NCBI GenBank assembly: GCA_021414235.1
Contig: JAIOOV010000004.1
Coordinates: 254,456-318,455 of the forward strand
Reading direction: 5' to 3'
DNA length: 64,000 nt
From: Candidatus Parcubacteria bacterium
GTDB taxonomy: Bacteria > Patescibacteriota > Minisyncoccia > Phycocordibacterales > JAKFXT01
In this document: in pieces, positions 39,098 to 49,000 of the stretch
Position numbering within the stretch: position 1 is the stretch's first letter
How the letters are laid out: every line of letters starts with the position of its first letter
Made by a program: the position numbers and the translations under genes
Notes under the pieces: generated by a model
Seen by the model: the letters and a program-made list of their open reading frames with translations, nothing else
Databases searched by the model: none
Told to the model about the DNA's origin: nothing

Positions 39098-39700
39098 TCA
39101 GCTTCCGTAAGATTCAGCTATCCGGATGACTCCGCGAGGATACCAATGGGTGTAGGGAGCCCAGGGGTTTCCTTCGACGATCTTGCGCATCCGTGCCGGG
39201 CCGACGAGGTACGCGAGAAGCATCTGGTGCGGATCGCAGATCTCCAGCTCTTCGCAGAGATAGGAGAGGTACGTGGTTCCGCAGAGAAGGTTTTTCTCGG
39301 GGGTGTTGATCGGGCCGCAGCCGACTTGCTCCTGGGCGATGGGAGTCACTCCCATGAGTCCAGAGGCGCGGCTTTCCTCGTTCATCGCCTTAGGGTCGCA
39401 CCGCGATTCCTTATAGACGATGCCCTGTATCAAGCCCTTGTCTACGCCGACCCTCGCTGCAACCTTGTTGATCAGGGCTTCGAGCTTGACGCACTTCTTC
39501 AGCCGCGCGACCGGCTTGGGAGCGGACGCGTCTGGTTTCTGCGGGATAGCGGTGATAGGGAAGGCTTCTTCCGTCGGAAGAAGCTGGTCGCTCGTTGTTG
39601 TCTGCACCGGGTTTCCCCAGGCAGCGGCCAGGGGATTCAGGATCAGTAGGGCTACGAACACAAACGGTACGGGTGTAGGCAACAGTGAACGAAACATCAC
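39098..39700 (-). CDS. Secreted lytic transglycosylase (SLT domain)
   Basis: Signal peptide; KES, A.GLM, N...G..YL, AY..G; SD GAGGAG. Confidence 0.8.
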   Translation of the reverse strand: MMFRSLLPTPVPFVFVALLILNPLAAAWGNPVQTTTSDQLLPTEEAFPITAIPQKPDASAPKPVARLKKCVKLEALINKVAARVGVDKGLIQGIVYKESRCDPKAMNEESRASGLMGVTPIAQEQVGCGPINTPEKNLLCGTTYLSYLCEELEICDPHQMLLAYLVGPARMRKIVEGNPWAPYTHWYPRGVIRIAESYGS

Positions 39701-39797
39701 TTAAGCTCCTCAAAGGACTACGCTATCTTTAAAAAACATTTTCCACAGGCTTTGTCAAGCATTGGTGCTATACTTCCTTCATCTCACAGTTTCCTTG

Positions 39798-40361
39798 ATG
39801 GCAAAAATCCCCCGAAAGCTCAAACGGAATCTCCTGGTCGACCTACTCCTGGTCGCAGGGAGCGGTGTCGCTGCGGTCCTCATCGTCGAGTCCGGCGTGC
39901 TCGAGACGTTCTTCGCTTCTACCGCGGGCTCCGGTCTCATCGGGAGCTTCATAGCGGGTTTCTTCTTCACCTCCGTCTTCACGGTGGCTCCGGCGACGGC
40001 TGTCTTTGCGGAGATACTCCATACGAGCCCGCTCCTGCCTACGATGCTCATTGGCGCCCTTGGTGCGCTCCTCGGGGACTTCATCTTGTTCCGCTTCGTG
40101 CGTGATCGCCTGGCCGAGGATATTCTGGCGCTTTTCAAGCATAGGAAGCCGGGGCGCGCCAAGGCTTTCTATCGCTCCCCGATCTTCCATTGGGTCATGC
40201 CGGCGCTCGGCGCCCTCATCATCGCTTCTCCGCTTCCGGATGAGCTGGGGCTGGCCCTCCTCGGGACCGCGCGGGTAGGCACTCTGGCTTTCATTCCTAT
40301 CTCCTACGTCTTCAATGCTTTAGGTATCGTCCTTGTGGCGCTTGTGGTAGGGGTTGTCTAG
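39798..40361 (+). CDS. Conserved multi-TM membrane protein
   Basis: FFTSVFT..PA, GD..LFRF, IIASPLPDE.G. Confidence 0.7.
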   Translation: MAKIPRKLKRNLLVDLLLVAGSGVAAVLIVESGVLETFFASTAGSGLIGSFIAGFFFTSVFTVAPATAVFAEILHTSPLLPTMLIGALGALLGDFILFRFVRDRLAEDILALFKHRKPGRAKAFYRSPIFHWVMPALGALIIASPLPDELGLALLGTARVGTLAFIPISYVFNALGIVLVALVVGVV

Positions 40362-40414
40362 CTCCTGGGTTTCAAGAAGGTATACTGGAATCATTACTAT
40401 TCTGATTTTTCTGC

Positions 40415-41497
40415 ATGGCCAAGAAGATACGCGTTGCTGTTGTTTTCGGAGGTAAATCTGCTGAACACGAAGTCTCTCTCCGTTCTGCGGCGAATGTCGC
40501 GGAGGCGATCGACAAGAGCAAGTACGAGGTGGTGCCGATTGCTATCGATAAGTATGGGAAGTGGCTTCTTCCAGATTCTGCCAAGGCGCTCCTCGGTGGC
40601 ACTGGGCAGAGCCTCTCTATTTCCGGTCGGGAGGTTATGCTGCGGCCCCAGAGCGGGGGAGCCGTGTCTCTTCTCTCCGGCGGCACCCCGGGCGGGGTAG
40701 ACGTAGTTTTTCCCATTCTTCATGGTCCTCTCGGGGAAGATGGTACGGTGCAAGGGCTCCTCACCCTCGCGGATGTGCCGTTTGTAGGCTCAGGGGTACT
40801 TGGCTCTGCGGTGGGTATGGATAAGGAAATAATGAAGCGGCTCCTGCGGGATGCAGGGCTCCCTATCGCGCGGTTCATCACTGTGCGTGCGAGTGAGAAG
40901 CGGCCCGCCTACGCGGCGGTTACTAAGAAGCTCGGGAAGGTCCTTTTCGTGAAGCCTGCCAATATGGGCTCCTCCGTAGGGGTGAGTAAAGTAAAGAGTG
41001 CGAAAGACTATACGACCGCGCTGGACAAGGCGTTTGAATACGACGACAAGATATTGATAGAGGAATTCATTCCGGCGCGGGAGGTGGAGTGTGCGGTATT
41101 GGGGAACGAGAATCCTATAGCTTCCGTGGTGGGGGAGATCATCCCGTCCCATGAGTTCTATTCCTACGAAGCCAAGTATCTGGATGAGAAGGGGGCTGCG
41201 CTTGAGGTGCCGGCAAAGATCCCTAAAGCGCTCTCAGACAAGATCAGAAAGATGGCGATAGAGGTATTTAAAGCCCTCTCCTGTGAGGGGCTCGGACGGG
41301 TGGATTTCTTCCTTACGAAGAGGGGAAAGATATATGTGAATGAGATCAATACCATTCCTGGCTTCACCTCGGTGAGCATGTATCCGCGGCTTTTTGGGGC
41401 GAGCGGCATCTCATACCCAGAGCTCATAGATAGGCTCATCCAACTAGCGCTCGATAGGCATTTAAAGAAAGCAAAATTGAAGACGACGCGGGTATAA
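40415..41497 (+). CDS. ddl: D-alanine--D-alanine ligase
   Basis: GGKSAEHEVS, HGP.GEDG..QG, GSSVG, YEAKY, EINTIPG. Confidence 0.96.
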   Translation: MAKKIRVAVVFGGKSAEHEVSLRSAANVAEAIDKSKYEVVPIAIDKYGKWLLPDSAKALLGGTGQSLSISGREVMLRPQSGGAVSLLSGGTPGGVDVVFPILHGPLGEDGTVQGLLTLADVPFVGSGVLGSAVGMDKEIMKRLLRDAGLPIARFITVRASEKRPAYAAVTKKLGKVLFVKPANMGSSVGVSKVKSAKDYTTALDKAFEYDDKILIEEFIPAREVECAVLGNENPIASVVGEIIPSHEFYSYEAKYLDEKGAALEVPAKIPKALSDKIRKMAIEVFKALSCEGLGRVDFFLTKRGKIYVNEINTIPGFTSVSMYPRLFGASGISYPELIDRLIQLALDRHLKKAKLKTTRV

Positions 41498-41504
41498 AAA
41501 GAAG

Positions 41505-41546
41505 AAGGCCCACTCAGTCCCGATGGTTTGGGATTGAGTGGGCCTT
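41505..41546. terminator. Long terminator hairpin
   Basis: AAGGCCCACTCAGTCCC...GGGATTGAGTGGGCCTT. Confidence 0.75.
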
Positions 41547-41570
41547 GTGAGGTTGCTGCGAAGAACTAGA

Positions 41571-42632
41571 TCAGTTGGCCTTGTTCTCCTCCGGCGGGAA
41601 GTCCTCCGCTTTCGGGGCGCGCGGCTCGGGGATGACTCCCGGATTCATGACCCCCATCTTCATGAGATCGGAGGTCGTTTTCCGTTCGTCGGTCCTGTAG
41701 AAAGCCATGGCGACGTCGGCGCTCGACGAAGCGATGGTGGTCGCCGGCCCCTGGTAGGTGACGCTCTTGCCCGACGCCTGGTCGAGGTACTGGACGATGA
41801 CTGCGCAGCTGCCGATGCCGGTCGAAACCGTCCCGGAGCAGTTGAGCCAGCCGATCGTCTTGTCGCCCAGGGTGACTCGGGCATTCGCGAAGTTCGTGAA
41901 GCCGGAGGTTGCCCTCAGCTTCACGGCCAGATTGTTCGCCATCTCCGAGTAGGAGCTGACGTCGGTGTCGCTGTTGTTCGCGAAGTTCGTCTTGAAGCCG
42001 GCGTAGAGATCGGGAGCAGCGAAGCCGAGCTTTTCGATGGCGTCGAGGGCGTGCGCGCCGATCGACGAGATGGGGTTCGCGATGATGTTCGCCGACTGCC
42101 AGAAGTGGTCGAGCAGGTTCGGCGTCGTCGTCGTGTTCGTCCTGACGGTACGGTACGCTCGTCCGTCCGGCGACCAGATCGTCGGGGTCGTCACGCGCGG
42201 ATTGAACCACTCCCTCCCGGTGGGGAGGATGCGGAGCGACCGCGCGGTCGCCACGACCTTGTTGCTGACGGAGGTGTTGCCGCGCGCCATGAAGTGGAGC
42301 CGGTAGGCGACGTTCGCCTGGTTGGAGCCGGTGTCGTGGGTGACCGAGCCGTTGGGTTCGGTCACCGAGGTCCAGCTATTGATCGAGCCGGCGCCGAGGC
42401 CGAACTGATCGATCTCCGCCGACCAGAAGTTGGTCAGCGTTCCGGTGGTGTTTTCGCCGACGCAGGTGTAGTTGGTGCTGCTCTGCTTGGCGGCCGGGAC
42501 GACGGTCATGGGGAGGCCGTTGATGCCGCAGTCGAACGTCGCAGTCTGTGCCTTGGCCGGCACCGTGAGGAGGGTGAGGGGCAGAGCGACGATCAGGGCA
42601 GCAAGCGGAACGCGCTGACTTCTCGGAATCAT
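41571..42632 (-). CDS. Secreted hypothetical protein
   Basis: Signal peptide (AKA), two Cys pairs, SD AAGGAG, strongly GC3-biased codons. Confidence 0.75.
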   Translation of the reverse strand: MIPRSQRVPLAALIVALPLTLLTVPAKAQTATFDCGINGLPMTVVPAAKQSSTNYTCVGENTTGTLTNFWSAEIDQFGLGAGSINSWTSVTEPNGSVTHDTGSNQANVAYRLHFMARGNTSVSNKVVATARSLRILPTGREWFNPRVTTPTIWSPDGRAYRTVRTNTTTTPNLLDHFWQSANIIANPISSIGAHALDAIEKLGFAAPDLYAGFKTNFANNSDTDVSSYSEMANNLAVKLRATSGFTNFANARVTLGDKTIGWLNCSGTVSTGIGSCAVIVQYLDQASGKSVTYQGPATTIASSSADVAMAFYRTDERKTTSDLMKMGVMNPGVIPEPRAPKAEDFPPEENKAN

Positions 42633-42768
42633 GGTGAGCTCCTTGCTCAGGTGATGCCCGCCACGCGGGCGGGGTTGTTTACGACAAAGGCCAAACTGGC
42701 TGCTTATATATGTATCATATTATTTGCCTCTTGTCAAATAGGTATCGGACAGGTTTAGGGAAGGGGAG

Positions 42769-43032
42769 TTGACAGAGAGGGGTGTAGCGTGTTAGACTCA
42801 ATTAACTGCTCAAAAGCGAGCGTATAAATATGGCCTAACAAGGCCATTTATCTTGTCCCTTAAAAATATGTCCTAAACGATTTTTCGAAGCTTCTCTTCC
42901 GTTTACGCAAGTATCTGGAAGGGAAACTAGAATGTCCTTTAGGTGTCCTTTAAGCCGAAAAATCGCGATGTCGCGTCTCGGCTCTGGTTGTTTCCGTATC
43001 TCTTTACCCAATTTTATTTCGTGGAAAAGAGT
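42769..43032 (+). promoter_or_regulatory. Promoter and ~230-nt structured leader of the giant surface protein gene
   Basis: TTGACA-N18-TAGACT; multiple stems. Confidence 0.55.
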
Positions 43033-46000
43033 ATGGAACACCCACTCTTCAAGGGGTCTTTCGGGACTTCCTACAACCACATAGCTTCCGCTAAGAACTT
43101 TTTCAAAGGGTTTGTTTTTGCTGTTTTTGTACTCACCGCTTTTTCCCCTTTCTCTACGCTTGCAGAAGCTTCGGTTGTCTTGGAGAAGTCGGAGATTGTC
43201 GCTTCCCAGAGCACCTCTGTGGGAGCGCAGATCAGCCATGTTTTTGAGACGATTTACGCTGGTATTTCTACCGTCGGAAGCGATCTCCTGGACGTGCTTG
43301 AGGTTCCCGCTGCAGCCGCTGGCGTGAAGCTTATTCTCATCGTCGCCATGCTCCTCTCGGCGCTCGCCGGATTTGAGAAAATGCTGGCTCTGCTCAAGGG
43401 TTTTGGTCAGGCGGTGCGGGGCCGTAACCGCTCTCTCCTCGTGCCGGTTTTGAAGGTCGCTTTGATCATGATCGTAGTCTTTGCAAACGTCGGTGTGGTG
43501 CCGGCACTTTTCCCGGCAGTGGCGGTTCAGGTGGCACACGCAGACGATGATTTTGCTCCTCCTCCGCCGCCACCTCCTCCGCCACCCCCACCACCGCCGG
43601 TGGAGGTGTGTACGGATCCTACCGCTACGAACTACAACGGTTCTCTTCCGTGTACGTATCCGCCGACGACCTGTACAGACTCTGCTGCCAATAACTTTGG
43701 TGGGGCCTTGCCGTGTACGTACAACCCGCCTCCGGCGACCTCTTTCACCATCAGCGCTTCTGCTTCTGGTCTCGGTTCCATCTCTCCGTCTGGCTCTGTG
43801 TCCGTGACGCAGGGTAGCGCACAAACCTTCACCTTCACCCCGAACGCAGGGCATGAGGTGAGCTCTGTCATGGTGAATGGCGCGGCAGTGGCTACTTCTA
43901 CGAGCTACACGTTCTCGAACGTGCAGGCGAATGGCACCATCGCGGTGACTTTTGCAGCGACTCCGGGAGCGCCTACCTTCCCGGTAGTCGCGAGCGTCTC
44001 CGGCTTCGGTACCATCACACCTTCCGGTACTACGAGCGTAGCTTTGGGTACTTCACAGAGCTATACCTTCGCTGCGTCTGCTTCGAGCACGCTCACGGAC
44101 GTGCTGGTGGATGGAGTCTCTGTGGGTGCAGTCTCGACCTATTCCTTCTCTGACGTAGCCGCTACTCACACTATTTCTGCGATCTTCTCTTCGTACGTCA
44201 TCACCGTTTCTTCGAGCGGCAACGGCTCGGCAAATCCGACTGGTTCCGTGTATGTCGCAAATGGTGCCAGCGAGACCATCAATTTCCTCCCGAATGCAGG
44301 TAACACTGTTTCCTCCCTCATCGTGGATGGTCTTGCGACTGCCACCTCGACTTCCTACACTTTCAGCAACGTCACCCAGGATCACACCCTCGCAGTGACC
44401 TTCGCTCCGGGTTCGAGCGCAGCCAGCTTCCAGGTGGTAGCTACTTCTACCGGAAATGGCTCGATCAGCCCTTCGGCCACCACTTCTGTGACTCAGGGGG
44501 CAACGCAGTCCGTCACTATCACTGCTAACAGCGGCAACGAGATCGCTTCCATTCTCGTGGATGGGGCAGCCTTCGCGACCACTTCTGCCACCACCACGAC
44601 CGTCACTTTCTCTAACATCCAGGCTAACCACAGCGTGGGTGCGACTTTCCAGGTCATTCCGGGTGCAGCCACTTTCCCGATCACAGTCACTTCCTCTGGA
44701 AACGGTACGACTACTCCGAGCGGAATCACGACGGTAAGCCAGGGTGCAACTGCTTCCTTCGCCCTCACCCCGAACGCGGGGAATACCCTGAGCCAGCTTC
44801 TCGTGGATGGTGTCTCTGTCGCTACTACCTCGGTTTATACGTTTAATAATGTAACTGCTTCTCATACTCTCGCGGCCATTTATTCCTCGACTGGTGCCGC
44901 AACTTTCTCTATAGTCGCTACTTCTACCGGCAACGGCTCCGTCACGCCTGCTGCAACGACTACCGTCTCGCAGGGCGGTAGCCAGTCTGTAGTGATCACC
45001 GCTAACTCCGGCAATGAAATCGCATCTATTCTTGTCGATGGGGCAGTGGTAGCAACGACTTCTGCAACTACCACTACGATTTCCTTCAGCAACGTGCAGG
45101 CTGATCACACAGTCGGTGTCACTTTCGCACCTATTGCTGGAGTCGCTACTTTCCCGATCATCGTTACCTCGACAGGGAATGGCACCACGACTCCTTCTGG
45201 CACTACTACGGTCGCCCAGGGGTCTTCTGCATCTTTCACTCTGACTCCGAACGCAGGCAACACCCTTAACTTCCTTCTTATAGACGGGGCTGCGGTCGCG
45301 ACTACTTCTCTCTATACGTTTAATAACGTTCAGGCGACGCACACCCTCGAAGCTGTCTACTCTACGAGCGGTGCGGCTTCATATCAGATAGTGGCGACGT
45401 CCACTGGCAACGGCTCGGTGAATCCTTCTGCAACGACTACTGTTTCGCAGGGAGCGACGCAGTCTGTCGTCATTACCGCTAATAGCGGCAACGAGATCTC
45501 TTCGATTCTCGTAGATGGTGCGATGTATGCGACTACTTCCGCTACCACCACTACGGTGACTTTCTCTGATGTGCAGGCGAACCACACCGTGGGTGCGACC
45601 TTCGCTCCTATAGTCGGAGCCCCGACCTACTCTATATATGTATCCTCCACAGGGAACGGAACTACCACTCCCTCTGGAACCTCGACGATCTCTCAGGGCT
45701 CTTCGGCTTCCTTCACTCTCACTCCGAACGCAGGCAATACCCTTACTCAGCTCCTCATCGACGGAGCTTCTGTCGCCACGACCTCTGTCTATACCTTTAG
45801 TAATGTCACAGCCTCTCATACTCTTGAAGCAATCTACTCTTCTACTGGCGCTACCTCCTTCCAGGTCGTAGCAACCTCGACTGGTAACGGTTCGGTGAGT
45901 CCTTCTGCTACCTCGACGGTTGCCCAGGGAGCTTCGATCTCTGTCACCGTGACAGCGAATGCGGGCAACGAGATCGCATCCATCCTTGTAGACGGAGCGA

Positions 46001-49000
46001 CTGTCGCTACGACTTCGGCTACTTCCACCACGATTACGTTTGCTGACGTGCAGGCGAATCACACGGTAGGTGCGACCTTCCAGCTTGCTGCAGGTGCACC
46101 GGTGTTCCCGATCACGGTTACTTCTTCTGGCAACGGCACGACGACCCCGTCTGGCACCTCGACTATTAGTCAGGGTTCTTCTGCGAGCTTCACGCTCACC
46201 CCGAACGCAGGTAACGTCTTGAACCAGCTTCTCGTAGATGGAGTTTCCGTCGCGACGACTTCTGTCTATGCGTTTAATAATGTAAATGCGACGCACACGC
46301 TCCACGCGATCTACTCTTCGACTGGTGCTTCTACTTTCTCTATCATTGCTACCTCTACCGGGAATGGGGGAGTGAGCCCGGCAGCCACCTCGACTGTCTC
46401 TCAGGGTTCTGCCTTCTCGGTAACCGTCACCGCAAATGTGGGAAATGAAATCGCTTCTCTCCTCGTGGATGGAGTTTCCTACGCCACTACCTCTCCGACT
46501 TCCACGGTGGTGACCTTCTCTGATATCCAGGCTGATCACACCGTTGGTGTCACTTTTCAGACTGCGGTCGGCGCACCGACGTTCCTGATCGTCGTAACTT
46601 CGACGGGTAATGGCACCACCACTCCGAGCGGTACTACTACCGTGACTCAAGGTGCTTCCTCCTCCTTTACTCTTACCCCGAATGCAGGCAACACTCTCAC
46701 TCAGCTCCTCATTGATGGCGCCTCTGTAGCGACGACGAGCGTCTACACTTTCTCTAATGTCACCGCGAGCCATACTCTCGAGGCTATCTATTCCACTGGC
46801 GGCGGCACCACCTTCCAGGTAGTCGCTACTTCTACTGGTAATGGCTCCGTCACGCCTGCTGCAACGACTACTGTCTCGCAGGGCTCTAGCCAGTCGATTG
46901 TCATCACTGCCAACTCTGGCAATGAAATAGCCTCTATCCTCGTCGATGGAGTCTCTGTAGCGACGACTTCGGCAACGACTACCACGATCATGTTTGCTGA
47001 TATCCAGGCAAATCACACGGTCGGCGTGACTTTTGCCGCTATCGCAGGCGCACCTACATACGCCATCAGCGTGACCTCTGCGGGTAATGGCACCACCACT
47101 CTGAGCGGCACCTCGACCGTCAGCCAGGGAAGTTCTGCTTCCTTCACTCTCACGCCGAACGCCGGTAACACCCTGTCGCAGCTTCTCGTAGACGGAGTCT
47201 CTGTTGCGACCACCTCTATATATACGTTCTCGAACGTGACGGCCTCGCACACCCTCCATGCGGTTTACTCTTCGACCGGTCTCGCTACCTTTAGCGTAAT
47301 CGCCACTTCTACGGCGGGCGGTTCCGTGACGCCTTCTGCAACGAGTACGGTCTCCCAGGGTTCTAACTTCTCGGTGACGGTGACTGCAAACAACGGCAAC
47401 GAGATCGCTTCTCTCCTCGTGGACGGAGCCGTTGTCGCCACTACTTCCGCCACCACCACGACGGTAACCTTCTCGAACGTGCAGGCAAATCACACGGTCG
47501 GCGTGGTCTTCCAGCCTCTCGTCGGTGCACCTACCTATCCGATTACGGTGACCTCGGCAGGGAACGGTACCACCACGCCGTCTGGTACGACTATCGTCAC
47601 TCAGGGCGGATCGGCTACCTTTACTCTCACCCCGAATGCGGGCAATGTCTTGAGCCAGCTTCTCGTAGACGGATCTTCCGTCGCGACCACCTCTGCCTAC
47701 ACTTTCTCTGACGTGACGGCGACGCACACGCTCCACGCAATCTACTCTTCGACGGGTGCCGCGAACTTCCAGATAGTTGCTACCTCTACCGGCAACGGTT
47801 CCGTAACGCCTTCCGCCACTTCCGCTGTCTCCCAGGGCTCTGCCTTCTCTGTGACAGTGACTGCAAACGCGGGAAATGAGATCGCGTCCATCCTCGTCGA
47901 TGGCGCACTCGTTGCGACGACGTCGGCTACGACGACCACTATAAATTTCACTAACGTCCAGGCTAATCACACTGTAGGTGCCACTTTCCAGGTAATCACT
48001 GGAGCTTCGACTTATCCCATCACCGTGACCTCGGCAGGGAACGGTACTACTACGCCTTCAGGCACCAGCACAATCGCACAGGGCTCTTCTGCCTCCTTCA
48101 TCCTGACTCCGAATGCAGGTAATACTCTCGACCAGCTCCTCATCGATGGTGTTGCGGTTGCGACCACTACTCTCTATACGTTCAATAATGTAAATGCGAC
48201 GCACACCCTCCATGCGATCTATTCCTCGACTGGTCTCACGAGCTTCCAGATAGTCGCCACTTCGACCGGCAACGGCTCGGTGACTCCGGCTGCCACTACT
48301 ACCGTATCGCAGGGCTCTAGCCAGTCTGTCGTCATTACGGCGAACGCGGGTAATGAGATCACCTCCATTCTCGTGGATGGGGCAGCCTTCGCGACCACTT
48401 CTGCCACCACCACGACCGTAACGTTCGCTGATGTTCAGGCGAATCACACGTTGGGTGTGGTGTTTGCGGCTGCGCCTTCCGCAGTTACTTTCCCGATCAC
48501 TGTCACTTCTACCGGTAACGGAGCTGCTACTCCCTCTGGCACGACCGCTGTGCTCCAGGGCAATTCTTTCTCTGTGACGCTTATGCCGAATGCCGGCAAT
48601 ACCCTTGATTCTCTCCTTGTAGATGGAGTATCTGTGGCTACCACTTCCGTCTATACCTTCACGAACGTTCAGGCGACGCATACCCTCCAGGCTATCTACT
48701 CCGCTACGGGCGCAACTTCCTTCCAGGTGGTGGCCACCTCGACGGGGAACGGATCTGTTTCTCCTTCTGCCACCACCACGGTCTCTCAGGGGGCATCGCA
48801 GTCTGTGATCATCACTGCGAACGCGGGTAATGAGATCACCTCCATTCTCGTGGATGGCGCTTCCTACGCTACGACCTCGGCCACTACCACGACGGTGACT
48901 TTTGCGAACATGCAGGCCAATCACACGGTCGGCGTAGTCTTCGCTCCTGCGGTACCTGTGGTTTCGTTCCCGATTACCATAACTTCGACCGGTAATGGCA

